Below, piece by piece: positions 1 through 10,766 of a stretch of 39,262 nucleotides of DNA (position 1 is its first letter; each line of letters starts with the position of its first letter). The stretch is from a virus (Duplodnaviria; Heunggongvirae; Uroviricota; Caudoviricetes), in IMG/VR virus record IMGVR_UViG_2513237200_000009. The stretch is one strand, 5' to 3'. A model generated the notes under the pieces. That model was not told the origin of the DNA, made no database searches, and saw only the letters and a program-made list of their open reading frames with translations. The translations under genes were made by a program, and so were the position numbers.

Positions 1-258
1 ATGCAAACCGTTATTTTTGGTCGTTCGGGTTGCCCTTACTGTGTGCGTGCAAAAGATCTGGCTGAGAAATTGAGCAATGAACGCGATGATTTTCAGTATC
101 AGTATGTAGATATTCGTGCGGAAGGGATCACTAAAGAAGATCTACAACAAAAGGCAGGTAAACCCGTAGAAACCGTGCCGCAGATTTTTGTCGATCAGCA
201 ACATATCGGCGGCTATACCGATTTTGCTGCATGGGTGAAAGAAAATCTGGACGCCTGA
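1..258 (+). CDS. grxA: glutaredoxin 1
   Basis: 85-aa ORF with CPYC active-site motif (GCPYCVRAK); gene order grxA-ybjM-ybjL matches E. coli. Confidence 0.95.
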   Translation: MQTVIFGRSGCPYCVRAKDLAEKLSNERDDFQYQYVDIRAEGITKEDLQQKAGKPVETVPQIFVDQQHIGGYTDFAAWVKENLDA

Positions 259-267
259 TCGTCTGAC

Positions 268-300
268 AAGCCCTCGCGTTGAGGGCTTTACTGATTTTTT
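268..300 (+). terminator. hairpin plus T-run between convergent grxA and ybjM
   Basis: stem aagccctc / gagggctt with loop gcgtt, followed by ttactgatttttt. Confidence 0.45.
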
Positions 301-665
301 CTGTGCTGTGGTTTAAACAAACTACTGATAAATAAGAAACACAGTGCCCCCAGCGCACACCAGAACACCGCGCTTAGTAACCATGCCAGCTCTTGCCAGA
401 ATGAGCGCGTCGGTGAAAAAAACAGCCGCATAATGAGCATTGAACAGGGTGCCGCCAGCATTGCGCCAAATAGAGGTTTCAGGACTTCTCTACGCTGTGA
501 AAAGAAGCTGGCGACTGCTCCAGGAAGAATGAAAAATAGCAAGCCGATTTCAGGATGCCCGGCAGCCCGAAAAGCGCCTTTCATGTGCGTCGCCAGAAAA
601 AGGCACACCACAATGAAGAGGACAAAACAGCAGATTGCCCCCGCCCAACGTTGTTTATGTTTCAC
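288..665 (-). CDS. ybjM: inner membrane protein YbjM
   Basis: 125-aa hydrophobic multi-helix ORF located between grxA and ybjL as in E. coli. Confidence 0.8.
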   Translation of the reverse strand: MKHKQRWAGAICCFVLFIVVCLFLATHMKGAFRAAGHPEIGLLFFILPGAVASFFSQRREVLKPLFGAMLAAPCSMLIMRLFFSPTRSFWQELAWLLSAVFWCALGALCFLFISSLFKPQHRKNQ

Positions 666-934
666 TCGTTCCTCCTGACACTGCGTCTATCGAACACATT
701 TTTCGCCAGTGTGGCGTTCAGTAAGATAAAGCCGCTTCGCATTCCATGCTAATATAGGCCAACGCAATTCATATAGCCGTTGATACCTAATGTGATTACA
801 CTAGTAAAATATATTGTTACTTTACTATCGTTTAGGTGCGCTGAATGAATCTGCGCCCTGAATTCTGGTAAAAAACATTATCGTAAATTACCATTTCTTT
901 CAACAGCTTACTAGTAAACAAGAAGTTAGCCTCC

Positions 935-2620
935 GTGAATATAAACGTCGCCGAATTGTTAAATGGGAATTACATTCTGTTATTATTTGTGGTCCTCGCG
1001 CTTGGGCTATGTCTCGGAAAGTTACGACTTGGTTCGATCCAACTGGGTAATTCCATTGGCGTTTTAGTCGTATCGCTGTTATTAGGCCAACAACATTTCA
1101 GCATTAACACCGATGCGCTTAATCTTGGCTTTATGCTGTTTATTTTCTGCGTCGGGGTCGAAGCCGGACCGAACTTTTTTTCCATTTTTTTTCGCGATGG
1201 GAAAAATTACCTAATGTTAGCACTGGTGATGGTTGGCAGTGCGCTGGTGATCGCCTTAGGGTTAGGTAAGCTGTTTGGCTGGGATATTGGCCTGACGGCC
1301 GGTATGTTAGCAGGCTCTATGACGTCGACACCGGTTCTGGTCGGTGCTGGCGATACACTGCGTCATTCCGGCATGGAAAGCAGGCAGCTCTCACTGGCAC
1401 TGGATAATCTGAGCCTCGGGTATGCCTTAACCTATTTAATCGGTCTGGTGAGTTTGATTGTTGGTGCGCGTTACTTGCCGAAATTGCAGCATCAAGACTT
1501 ACAGACCAGCGCCCAGCAAATCGCCCGCGAACGTGGCCTGGACACTGATGCCAACCGTAAGGTTTATTTACCGGTGATCCGCGCCTATCGCGTCGGCCCG
1601 GAGCTGGTGGCCTGGACAGACGGCAAAAATCTGCGTGAACTGGGTATTTATCGACAAACCGGCTGCTACATTGAACGTATTCGACGTAACGGGATTCTGG
1701 CAAATCCAGACGGTGATGCCGTGCTACAAATGGGCGATGAAATAGCGTTGGTAGGCTATCCCGACGCCCATGCCCGACTCGATCCCAGCTTCCGTAACGG
1801 TAAAGAAGTTTTCGATCGTGACCTTCTCGACATGCGTATCGTCACTGAAGAAGTGGTCGTTAAAAACCATAACGCTGTAGGTAAGCGTCTCGCACAACTG
1901 AAGTTGACCGATCACGGTTGCTTCCTTAACCGCGTCATTCGTAGCCAGATTGAGATGCCGATAGATGACAACGTCGTGCTTAACAAAGGTGACGTTTTAC
2001 AAGTCAGCGGTGATGCCCGTCGCGTAAAAACCATCGCCGATCGCATCGGCTTTATCTCGATTCACAGCCAGGTCACTGACCTGCTGGCATTTTGCGCCTT
2101 CTTTGTTATTGGGCTGATGATCGGGATGATCACCTTCCAGTTCAGCACATTCAGTTTCGGCATGGGGAACGCTGCCGGGTTGTTATTCGCCGGAATTATG
2201 CTGGGCTTTATGCGTGCTAACCACCCGACCTTCGGTTACATTCCGCAAGGTGCATTAAGCATGGTGAAAGAGTTCGGCTTGATGGTGTTTATGGCAGGCG
2301 TTGGTCTGAGCGCCGGTAGCGGTATTAATAACGGCCTGGGCGCGATTGGCGGTCAGATGTTGATTGCCGGATTAATTGTCAGTCTTGTGCCCGTGGTTAT
2401 CTGTTTCTTGTTCGGTGCTTATGTATTGCGAATGAACCGCGCACTGTTGTTCGGCGCAATGATGGGCGCACGCACCTGCGCGCCGGCAATGGAGATCATC
2501 AGTGATACAGCTCGCAGTAACATCCCGGCGCTGGGCTATGCGGGCACCTATGCAATCGCCAACGTCCTGCTGACGCTGGCAGGGACAATCATCGTCATGG
2601 TATGGCCAGGATTAGGATAA
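935..2620 (+). CDS. ybjL: putative transporter YbjL
   Basis: 561-aa ORF with GTG start, N- and C-terminal membrane domains flanking a soluble middle region; length and synteny match E. coli YbjL. Confidence 0.9.
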
Positions 2621-2733
2621 AACTGAAGTTGCCCTGAAAATGAAATTTTTTTGCACAACCGCAGAACTTTTCCGCAGGGCATCAGTCTTAATTAGTGCCA
2701 CTGCTTTTCTTTGATGTCCCCATTTTGTGGAGC

Positions 2734-2776
2734 CCATCAACCCCGCCATTTCGGTTCAAGGTTGATGGGTTTTTTG
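2734..2776 (+). terminator. rho-independent terminator-like hairpin near the host/prophage junction
   Basis: cccatcaacc ... ggttgatggg followed by tttttt. Confidence 0.4.
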
Positions 2777-2855
2777 TTGCCTGAAATTTAAGATGTTTAA
2801 AATCATGATGTTAGAAGCACTGTTTTTTAACGATGGCGACAAAATGGCGGCAGCG

Positions 2856-3074
2856 TCAAAGAGAGAGCGCCACCTGTCCTGATTTCATTGGATGCGGCTG
2901 AACTGGATTCGACTCTTTTGGTGTTGCAATCGAACGAACAAAAGTTTCATGGGTAACAAAAGTATGGCTGCAGTTAATGTTCTGGCACTGGTTATAACGC
3001 TCTTTGGTCAATGAAGATACCTGAAAACTGCTGCGAGTATGGGCGGCACTTCCACACAGTGGGCAAATCATCAT
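2856..3074 (-). CDS. ogr: late-gene transcription activator, Ogr/B zinc-finger family
   Basis: CPLC...C..NC zinc-finger pattern (MICPLCGSAAHTRSS...ERYNQCQNINCSHTF) resembling P2 Ogr; start assigned to an internal Met of the 83-aa ORF. Confidence 0.8.
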   Translation of the reverse strand: MMICPLCGSAAHTRSSFQVSSLTKERYNQCQNINCSHTFVTHETFVRSIATPKESNPVQPHPMKSGQVALSL

Positions 3075-3164
3075 TTTTCGAGTTCTCCCCATTTTTGCTA
3101 AATTCACAACAATGATACCGTATTATTCCATTTTGCAAACTTAAAAGTTCTCCATTGCGAAGAA

Positions 3165-4265
3165 TCATTCCATTTCGAAATCATCAATCCTCACTTCAAG
3201 CTCCAGACTGGTCGTAAAACCGTTATCCGGGTTGACGGTATGTGTCAGGGTGGTAATGGTCCATTCCGCATCATCTATCGGCTGTTTAAAGCCGCTGACC
3301 TTCACAGGCATTTCCGTGTAGAGATCCGCCCGACCTTCCGCCAGTTGTAGCGAGAATGACGCAACACCGCGTTGCAGGCGTTCCCACTGCATTTTCGCTG
3401 CCCGTTCGGCGTTACTCCGATTAGCATAGGTGCGATTAAGTACCAGCACGTTTTCATCCGTCCCCACCAGGTAATCGCCCTGCTTCGCTTCCGGCTCTTT
3501 CTTCTGCTTCTTAGTCCTGCGCTTACGCTTCACCGTGGTGCTTTCTTTCTTCGCGGGTTCGCGGGTATGCAACCAGCTGGCAATTACACCCGTGTAAGCT
3601 CCGCGATCCGCCAGGGTAAAGCGGTGACTGTCGCCGTCCTTACGTGTGATAGTGATCACCGGTAGTGGTTTACCGCTGGCGCTTTTACCCTGTCCCTGCC
3701 GGATGAATAACAGATTGCCATTTTTCACCGACGCAATAGCACCGTACTGTCGCGCCAGCCGCATCAGAAAACTGCCGTCACTCTCATTAGTCTGGTCTAT
3801 ATGCTCCACGGGCTTATCCGACAGGTCTTTACCCAGTGCCATCTTCAGCTTGTGCCGCGCGGCTATTTCCTTCACCACTTCCCCGATGGTGGTGTTATGC
3901 CACGATTTTTCACGGCGGGTATTCAGCGTTTCACGAAAATCAGCACTTCGCGCCCGGATAGTCAGGCGGTCCGGTGCGCCAGTGTGTTCAATCTCGTCCA
4001 CCGTGAATGCCCCTTTCGGGAAAAGCGGCAGCCCCTTCCAGCCCAGCGCCAGCGTAATGACCGCACCACGGCGCGGCAGCACGATTTTTCCGTCGGCGTC
4101 GTCCAGCTCCAGATCAAGCTGGTCCGCTTCAAAGCCCCGATTGTCCGTCAGCGTCAAACTCATCAGGCGGTTATCCAGCACAGTGGTGATATCCCTGCCC
4201 TCAATACTGATGCTGAATGCGGGAGTTTTGTTGCCTTTGTTAAGCACTTCAGAGCTGAAATTCAC
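3165..4265 (-). CDS. D: tail protein gpD
   Basis: 366-aa ORF, position and size as P2 gpD, upstream of ogr. Confidence 0.8.
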   Translation of the reverse strand: MNFSSEVLNKGNKTPAFSISIEGRDITTVLDNRLMSLTLTDNRGFEADQLDLELDDADGKIVLPRRGAVITLALGWKGLPLFPKGAFTVDEIEHTGAPDRLTIRARSADFRETLNTRREKSWHNTTIGEVVKEIAARHKLKMALGKDLSDKPVEHIDQTNESDGSFLMRLARQYGAIASVKNGNLLFIRQGQGKSASGKPLPVITITRKDGDSHRFTLADRGAYTGVIASWLHTREPAKKESTTVKRKRRTKKQKKEPEAKQGDYLVGTDENVLVLNRTYANRSNAERAAKMQWERLQRGVASFSLQLAEGRADLYTEMPVKVSGFKQPIDDAEWTITTLTHTVNPDNGFTTSLELEVRIDDFEME

Positions 4266-4747
4266 GGCAGCAGCCCTCCCACCGTTTTACTGATATCGCT
4301 TAAGGCAGACGTTGCCGTGTCCTGCAGATTATTCAGTTGCGCACTGAGATCACCGAACATATCGGACAGGGATTCATCCACCCGTTTGAGCGACAGGGTG
4401 AACTCAATCCGGCGCGGCATACCGTCGCGGAAAAACTCCGTTTTAGTCTGATTCAGTCCCTCAATCACATACATGCCGTAAATCGTGCCGCTGCCTTCAA
4501 TCAGGGGCCATGCTTTTCCCTGTTCTGCCATCTGCTCCAGAGCCAGCAACGACAGCCTGCCGCCCGTTATCTCCGGCATAAGAACACCAGAAAGCGTCAG
4601 CATGTCGTTGTCCGGTCCCAGAAACTGCGTGGACGGACGACGGTTTACCCGGCTGTTTGCCGCATGTCGCCAGCTGCGTTGATACTGCAGTTCCTGATAC
4701 GGAACGGTGCGCAGCATAAACACGTACAATCCCAGCACCATCATCAT
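4262..4747 (-). CDS. U: tail protein gpU
   Basis: 161 aa, MMMVLGLYVFMLRTVPYQELQYQR resembles P2 gpU; overlaps D start. Confidence 0.85.
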   Translation of the reverse strand: MMMVLGLYVFMLRTVPYQELQYQRSWRHAANSRVNRRPSTQFLGPDNDMLTLSGVLMPEITGGRLSLLALEQMAEQGKAWPLIEGSGTIYGMYVIEGLNQTKTEFFRDGMPRRIEFTLSLKRVDESLSDMFGDLSAQLNNLQDTATSALSDISKTVGGLLP

Positions 4748-7700
4748 GCGTCGTATCCCCCCTGATCGCTGTAGTTACTCCTGGCTTTTGCCTTCAGCCT
4801 GCGTTCACGTTCATCAAGCTGGCGTGCCACCTCCCGCGCAATATCCTGCGCACTTTGTCCTGGCTGCGTCTGAATGATGATCTGCGTCGGTGCCTCAATC
4901 CGGTGAACGGGCGGCACAGTGGCTGCACGACTCACCATCGCTTCGCCGCCTTTCGCGGGAAGTGCCAAAGGATGCAACGGTGGAAGCTCTGCAGGCGCGG
5001 CAGCAACGCCCATCATTCCGGCAACAACGGCAGCCAGTGCAGCTGTATTTCTCCGGCTGGTCACATTTGCCGGGCCGTTAACAATTTCCGGCCCGTTTTC
5101 ACCGACGATGCCAAACTGCCCGCGCGGGATATAGCCGCCGCTGTCATACATCCCCGCAAAGCCATATCCCCATGATGGAAAACCACCCGATGGCATCATC
5201 ACTTTACCGTCTGCATTCACCGTCGCAGGTTGCTGACGCGTCACGCTTTCCGGCAGTTTCGCCTTTGCAGCCTCTTTACTGACAATGCCGAGTTTCTCCA
5301 GCAACCAGGAAACGCCGGATTTCAGGGAGTCCAGCGGATGCATGACCATATTCAGCCCTTCCGCCAGTGCCTCCCCGAATCGTCGCCCCATTGCCGCTGC
5401 GCTCTGCAGTTCGGCAGAGGTCGACTTAACGGGCGTCAGCAGATCAGTAAACCAGCCCCACAACGCCTGCACTTTGTCGCCAATCCACTGAAACACAGGC
5501 TTAAGTGGTTCGAATGCTGCACTGATGGGACCTGCCGCCGCTTTGAATCCTTCCACCACACCAGCGAGAAATGCGGTGATGGGTTGCCAGTATTTCCAGA
5601 CAACCAGCGCCACGCCCGCCAGTGCAGTAACCACAAGACCTATCGGACTGAGCAGAGCACCTAACAGACCAGATACGGCATACAGAGCAACGCGCAGCAT
5701 CGCCAGCGGACCGGATGCCAGTACTCGCAGCACCGCGCCTGCGGCAGCCAGTCCACCGCGTAGTGCTGCCAGTGGATTCATAAACATCACAGCAACAGCA
5801 CGTAAACCGGATAATCCAGACCGCAACAGTGCAACCGGCACACCTGCTACAGTTTTCAGGACATTCCCCGTCAGTGATGCCGTGCGGCGCAAAGACGACA
5901 ACGGCGCAGTAAGTAAACCCGCTGCGTTGCCCGATGAAGCAAGCCCGCGTCGCAGCAGTGCCAGTGGAGCGCCAGCTAACCAGGACAACGCGCTGCTGGT
6001 TCGTGTTACTGCTGCCGTAACGGAAGGTAACGTTTTGATACCCAGCACAGAGAATCCCAGACGGATGACTGCCAGCGGTCCCAGCACTGCAGCCAGCGCC
6101 ACCGCTAAGGTGCCGAGGCCTACGGTAACCGCAGCCACAACAGCCGCTACTTTCATCAGTGTGCCTGTCAGTTCCGGGTTAGCTTCCACCCAGCGGCGCA
6201 ACGCCCCCGTGATGCTTTTCACCGTGTACAGAATATCCATCAGCGGCTGGCGCAGCGTTTCGCCCAGGCTGCTGAAGGTATTCTGCGCTCCGGTTTTAAC
6301 CAGCAACCACTGAGCAGAAAGTGAGTCCTTGTTGATGTCGGATTCTTTCTGCATGGAGCCGAGCGCATCATTGCCCGCTGACAGTTTTAGCTGGCGCTGT
6401 AGTTCCGGCAGGTTGTTTGCCAGTTTCGCCGCGTCATCGCCAAACTCTTTACCAAACAACATGGTCATGGCAGACAGACGCTTGTCCTGCGGCAGTGCGT
6501 TCACCTTCTCCAGCACGCGCTGGATGGTTCCCATCGCATCCTTCGTCATCTGCTTTTCAATCACTTCAGGATTGAGTTTCAGCAGATTCATCCCTTCAAA
6601 GAAACTCTTGCTTTGCATGGTGGCAATGGACAATTCACGCACCATCGCGTTTGCTGCACTGGCTGCAACCTCCGGCGCAGCGCCCAGTGTCAGGAAGGTG
6701 GAACCCAGCGCCGCCGCTTTACGATAATCCAGACGGTCAGCCACACCGCCCAGGCGTTGCATCACATCAATGATGTCCCCCCCTTTCGACATGGCGTTAT
6801 CATCCAGATAGTTCAGCGCATCACCGAGCTGTTCAATATTGCGGGTAGGGATTTTGTAAAGCTGGGCGATTTTCCCCAGACTTTCTGACAGTTCATCCGC
6901 TGGCAGCTCAAAGGCTGTTGCCGCCTTTGCTGCCGTGCTGGCGAAGGCCAGCAGGTCACGTTTCTGGTCTTCCCAGCTGTCGTCAGGGTTTGCGACGTTC
7001 ATGCGCGCACCACCTTCAACCAGTGCGGCGAAGTCCACAGCACCGTTTTCCATCGGCAACTGTTCGCTGGCAGCCTTGATGGCATCCTGCATTTCATAAA
7101 AACGTGCAGTACGGTTTCCATTATCGTCACGCAGACCATTGACCTGCTTTGCCACACCTTTCATGGCATCTTCCATGCTGGTATAGCTTTTTACTGCCGC
7201 CATCACTGGCGTCCCCATTGCCAGCCCTGCAGCCGTGGTAGTGGCTCCAGCTCCTGCAATACGATCGCGCACCTCCAGCGAACGGGCATAACTGGCACGC
7301 GCTGCATTCATCCTGCGCTGAGCTTCCCCCAGTCTCTTCAGCCGCGCCTCCTGTTTCGACAGTTCCTGGTTATAACGTGATGTTTCACGGGCTAAACGGG
7401 CAGTTGCTCCCGCATCATCTTTCGCAGAAATTCCCGCCCGGTACAGTTCTGCACGCACAAGCGCCGTTTGCTTCTGCAAATATTTTTGTTGTTCTTCCAG
7501 GCGTTGGACTGCCAGCGTTTGCCGACCTAAAGCCACAAGATGCCTTTGTGATGGTTGTTCCATCGCCTCCAGCTCAGAGCTAAGCAAATTAGCCTTCTGT
7601 CTGGCATAGTTCAGCCTGTCGCCTAACTTCTTGTTATCGGCCTGCAGCTTGCGAAATTTTTCCAGGCTGTTACCCGCCTGATTGAGTTGCTTTAATGCGT

Positions 7701-7821
7701 CACGGGAGTTTCTGATTGCGCCAGCCAGCTCTTTCGAACTGGCCTGTGCAGCACGGAATGGGCGGGTGAGTTTGTCAACCGCATTAAGAATGACCTGCAG
7801 CCGCAGGTTATTATCACTCAT
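4744..7821 (-). CDS. T: tail tape measure protein gpT
   Basis: 1025-aa ORF with coiled-coil N-terminal part and Ala/Gly-rich hydrophobic segments; lies between E/E' and U. Confidence 0.85.
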   Translation of the reverse strand: MSDNNLRLQVILNAVDKLTRPFRAAQASSKELAGAIRNSRDALKQLNQAGNSLEKFRKLQADNKKLGDRLNYARQKANLLSSELEAMEQPSQRHLVALGRQTLAVQRLEEQQKYLQKQTALVRAELYRAGISAKDDAGATARLARETSRYNQELSKQEARLKRLGEAQRRMNAARASYARSLEVRDRIAGAGATTTAAGLAMGTPVMAAVKSYTSMEDAMKGVAKQVNGLRDDNGNRTARFYEMQDAIKAASEQLPMENGAVDFAALVEGGARMNVANPDDSWEDQKRDLLAFASTAAKAATAFELPADELSESLGKIAQLYKIPTRNIEQLGDALNYLDDNAMSKGGDIIDVMQRLGGVADRLDYRKAAALGSTFLTLGAAPEVAASAANAMVRELSIATMQSKSFFEGMNLLKLNPEVIEKQMTKDAMGTIQRVLEKVNALPQDKRLSAMTMLFGKEFGDDAAKLANNLPELQRQLKLSAGNDALGSMQKESDINKDSLSAQWLLVKTGAQNTFSSLGETLRQPLMDILYTVKSITGALRRWVEANPELTGTLMKVAAVVAAVTVGLGTLAVALAAVLGPLAVIRLGFSVLGIKTLPSVTAAVTRTSSALSWLAGAPLALLRRGLASSGNAAGLLTAPLSSLRRTASLTGNVLKTVAGVPVALLRSGLSGLRAVAVMFMNPLAALRGGLAAAGAVLRVLASGPLAMLRVALYAVSGLLGALLSPIGLVVTALAGVALVVWKYWQPITAFLAGVVEGFKAAAGPISAAFEPLKPVFQWIGDKVQALWGWFTDLLTPVKSTSAELQSAAAMGRRFGEALAEGLNMVMHPLDSLKSGVSWLLEKLGIVSKEAAKAKLPESVTRQQPATVNADGKVMMPSGGFPSWGYGFAGMYDSGGYIPRGQFGIVGENGPEIVNGPANVTSRRNTAALAAVVAGMMGVAAAPAELPPLHPLALPAKGGEAMVSRAATVPPVHRIEAPTQIIIQTQPGQSAQDIAREVARQLDERERRLKAKARSNYSDQGGYDA

Positions 7822-8250
7822 CGTTGGCCCCGCTTCTCTGAATCGCTTTATACCGCCATTCCAGCACTTCGGTCAGCGGCATAACGTCAGTAACGGATGG
7901 CGGCCAGTGAAAAATGGTGGCGATATCTGCCACCAGATCGTCAACCGTCAGGCTGTCGGTAAACCGGCAAGCACCGACTTCTTCAACAAAAAAGTGACAA
8001 CCTCAACCGACATGGCAGTGAGATCTGCCGGGTCCATCTCTGCAATTTCCTGTGCAGTCAGTGCCGGACTGGAGATGCGGGGGATCACGGTCATCATCGC
8101 GTTCACATCCATATCCATAATGGCCTGCAGGCGTGTACCGCGCAGCGCACCGGACTGCGGTTTACGCAGCACAATTTCGGTGATTTCTGTTTTACCGCGC
8201 TTGATGGGGGTATCCAGTTGAATGGTCTTTTCAGTCTGCTTATCACTCAT
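7814..8250 (-). CDS. E': gpE+E' fusion made by programmed -1 ribosomal frameshift
   Basis: after the T TTT TTG heptamer the -1 frame stays open (FFVEEVGACRFTDSL...RSGANDE) to a TGA overlapping the T start codon (ATGAGTGA). Confidence 0.7.
7948..8250 (-). CDS. E: tail assembly chaperone gpE
   Basis: 100-aa ORF ending ...VVTFLLKKSVLAGLPTA with the slippery run near its 3' end. Confidence 0.8.
   Translation of the reverse strand: MSDKQTEKTIQLDTPIKRGKTEITEIVLRKPQSGALRGTRLQAIMDMDVNAMMTVIPRISSPALTAQEIAEMDPADLTAMSVEVVTFLLKKSVLAGLPTA
7987..7993 (-). promoter_or_regulatory. slippery heptamer T TTT TTG (-1 frameshift site)
   Basis: minus-strand TTTTTTG in the E zero frame (act ttt ttg); same motif class as P2 E/E'. 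Confidence 0.7.
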
Positions 8251-8304
8251 TTTGCTGTCCTGTAAATTGGGTTCTGGCGCGGTATCCCGCGCCGTTCAGA
8301 TATA

Positions 8305-8820
8305 TCAGAGGCCGAGGGCGTTGCGGTGCGCTTCCATCAGGTCCATACCGTCCACAATTTCCACCATGTTGATAAGGTCCACTTCATAGAGCACCTCACC
8401 ATTGATGGTCAGCTTCGCGTAGCTGTTGGTACTGGTCACTTTGGTGGTGTTGCTTTCGCCCGTCTTCCACTCGCCGGAATCCACTTCTTTGTGACGTCCA
8501 CGCACCACAAGCTCCACGGCCTGCACTTCTCCGGTATCGTCACGCTGGATAGAGCCGGTAAAGCGCAACTGGATGCCATCCACCGTGGCTTTGCCCATCT
8601 GCTTAAACAGCAGCAGTTCAGTACCACCAATGGAAAATTCTGTGTCCAGCGCACTGTCATCAAGCCCCAGATCCACATCAACTGCACCAGGCATTCCGCC
8701 GCCGCGATACTTCTCATATTTGCGGGTGAATTTCGGCAGCGTCAGCGACTCTACGATCCCCTGCCAGTTGTTCCCGTCGTTAAACAGGTTCAGATGTTTT
8801 AATTTGCGTGGTAAAGCCAT
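8305..8820 (-). CDS. FII: tail tube protein gpFII
   Basis: 171 aa, directly downstream of the sheath gene, P2 FII size. Confidence 0.85.
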   Translation of the reverse strand: MALPRKLKHLNLFNDGNNWQGIVESLTLPKFTRKYEKYRGGGMPGAVDVDLGLDDSALDTEFSIGGTELLLFKQMGKATVDGIQLRFTGSIQRDDTGEVQAVELVVRGRHKEVDSGEWKTGESNTTKVTSTNSYAKLTINGEVLYEVDLINMVEIVDGMDLMEAHRNALGL

Positions 8821-8829
8821 GTTGTCCCC

Positions 8830-10002
8830 TTACGCGCTGACCTGGCTGGCGAAATTCACCAGGTACTGATCGGTGATGCGCTGGCGCAGCATCAGATTTT
8901 CAAGTGGCGGCACTGGCGTGTAGTCATAGTCGATGGTGAGTTTTCCGGCTTTCAGCGTGTCTTTGTCGTTCACCGACTCATCCAGCCAGCAATCACCACC
9001 AATGAGATAGCCCTGACTGACCAGGCTGCGCATTTTGGCGCGGATACCTTCGATAATGTCGCGGGCCAGCGACGGGTTAAGCGGTTTATCCACCGCCCAC
9101 ATGTGTGCTTCTGCCATCGTGTCCATCAGCACCTGCGCCGTGCGGGTGTAGTTTTCGAAGGCAAAGAGCGGGTCATCACTCAGGCAGCGGGAACCCCAGA
9201 AGCGGAACCCGTCTTTACGCACAAGCGTGGTGACGTCGTTCTGGTTCAGCAGACCTGCATCGGTTGCCGGGTCCTGCAGATCCCAGAACACATCTGCAGA
9301 AATTCCGGTGACACCGTTCACGCCCACGTTGGACAGGCTTTTGTGCCATCCGGTCTGCTCGTCAATTTTGGCGCGCAGACCAAGCGCACGGGCGGTGGCA
9401 TATGCCGTTGCTTCGGCATTCAGCACCGTGTCCCAGCCAGTAAAGTCAGGCCAGATCAGCATCCCTTCGCGCTGGCTGAAGTTTTCACGGTAAGTGATCG
9501 CCTCCTGTACCGTCTTGCAGCCATACGCTGACAGGTAAGCAAACCCACGCAGGCTTTGCGCCACGCTCAGCAACTCAGTAGCTACCGCCTTGGTGTCGTG
9601 GCCTGGCACGCCGAGAATGCGCGGTTTAACGCCGAGCTGTGACTGGGCAGATAACAGGGCTTTCATACCTGTTTTTTTACCTTCAGCAGTCACTGCGCCG
9701 ATGATATTGGTCGTGGTTTCGTCTTCCGTTTCACCCTGCGGCACACGCACAACAACGGTCACGGGTTTTGCCTGGTCAGCGATGGCATCCAGCGAACGGG
9801 CCAGCGTGCCGGACTCACCCGCTTTACCGCTGGCAGTCAGCACATCAGTGATCAGCACGGGTTGATTAAGAGGAAACATTTTTGCATCGGCATCATCGCC
9901 CGTGCAGACCATACCCACGATGGCGGTGCTCACCGTGGTAATGGATCGGGTGCCTTCGTTGACTTCAACAACGCGCACCCCGTGGTGGTAATCCTGAGCC
10001 AT
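8830..10002 (-). CDS. FI: contractile tail sheath protein gpFI
   Basis: 390-aa ORF beginning [21 protein letters not shown]; SD GGAGG 9 nt upstream. Confidence 0.9.
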   Translation of the reverse strand: MAQDYHHGVRVVEVNEGTRSITTVSTAIVGMVCTGDDADAKMFPLNQPVLITDVLTASGKAGESGTLARSLDAIADQAKPVTVVVRVPQGETEDETTTNIIGAVTAEGKKTGMKALLSAQSQLGVKPRILGVPGHDTKAVATELLSVAQSLRGFAYLSAYGCKTVQEAITYRENFSQREGMLIWPDFTGWDTVLNAEATAYATARALGLRAKIDEQTGWHKSLSNVGVNGVTGISADVFWDLQDPATDAGLLNQNDVTTLVRKDGFRFWGSRCLSDDPLFAFENYTRTAQVLMDTMAEAHMWAVDKPLNPSLARDIIEGIRAKMRSLVSQGYLIGGDCWLDESVNDKDTLKAGKLTIDYDYTPVPPLENLMLRQRITDQYLVNFASQVSA

Positions 10003-10078
10003 AGTGGCGAACCTCCTGATTGGATTAGGCTTCGCCCTATGTTGAAGTGATTGTGCCTGACAAACAGCTAAGCGCAGT

Positions 10079-10096
10079 TGTACCGTTATTCACACA
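10079..10096 (-). promoter_or_regulatory. candidate Ogr/B activator site (TGT-N12-ACA dyad) of the FI late promoter
   Basis: TGTaccgttattcacACA centred about 85 bp upstream of the FI start codon. Confidence 0.45.
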
Positions 10097-10144
10097 AAAT
10101 GACGGTATTTGTCTACTTGCAGGGATAATCAAAATAATGCTGAT

Positions 10145-10711
10145 TCAGGGGGATTCATTACTCTTATTTGCCGGAAATTTTCTATAAATTGTGGAAACAC
10201 CCACATCAAAAATCAGTGCAATACGCTGTCTTGATTCTCCGGCCTCGAGTAAGCGTCCAATCTGTGCCCACTGTTCGGTGGTCAACTTAGGACGGCGTCC
10301 ACCTACTCTGCCTTTGGCGCGAGCTGCAGCAAGCCCCGCCCTGGTACGTTCAACTATCAGTTCGCGTTCCATTTCAGCCAGGGCACCCATGACATGAAAA
10401 AAGAAACGGCCCATTGGGGTACTGGTATCAATACTGTCAGTCAGGCTTCGGAAATTCACACCTCGCTGGCGCAACTCTTCTATCAACGTAACAAGATGCC
10501 GCATACTGCGCCCCAACCTGTCCAGCTTCCAGACAACCAAAGTGTCACCTGCCGATAATGTCCTGAGCAGTTTTTTCAGTCCCGGTCTGTCGGACTTAGT
10601 GCCACTGATTTTGTCCTCAAAAATCCGCTCACATCCCGCGCAGTTCAGCGCATTACGTTGCAAATCGGTGTTCTGGTCATTTGTTGACACGCGTACATAG
10701 CCAATAAGCAT
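10145..10711 (-). CDS. Hin/Gin/Pin-family serine DNA invertase
   Basis: N-terminus MLIGYVRVSTNDQNTDLQ (catalytic Ser), resolvase domain plus C-terminal HTH (GRRPKLT...); about 188 aa. Confidence 0.9.
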   Translation of the reverse strand: MLIGYVRVSTNDQNTDLQRNALNCAGCERIFEDKISGTKSDRPGLKKLLRTLSAGDTLVVWKLDRLGRSMRHLVTLIEELRQRGVNFRSLTDSIDTSTPMGRFFFHVMGALAEMERELIVERTRAGLAAARAKGRVGGRRPKLTTEQWAQIGRLLEAGESRQRIALIFDVGVSTIYRKFPANKSNESP

Positions 10712-10766
10712 GATCAATCCCCTGAATAAAAACCGGGGATGATGCCAGTTAGCCGTTATCTCTGCA

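Noticed and set aside
433-752. Plus-strand ORFs 433-678 and 555-752 overlapping ybjM
   Set aside because: Antisense to the conserved host membrane protein gene.
3372-7583. Many plus-strand ORFs of 60-260 aa (e.g. 3646-4293, 3801-4451, 5525-6313, 6329-6727)
   Set aside because: They are antisense to the long minus-strand D/U/T genes in GC-rich DNA, with Ala/Arg/Pro/Ser-rich low-complexity translations typical of shadow ORFs.
8326-9865. Plus-strand ORFs overlapping FII and FI (8326-8802, 9103-9531, 9590-9865) and the minus ORF 8436-8717
   Set aside because: Antisense or alternate-frame shadows of the well-supported sheath and tube genes.
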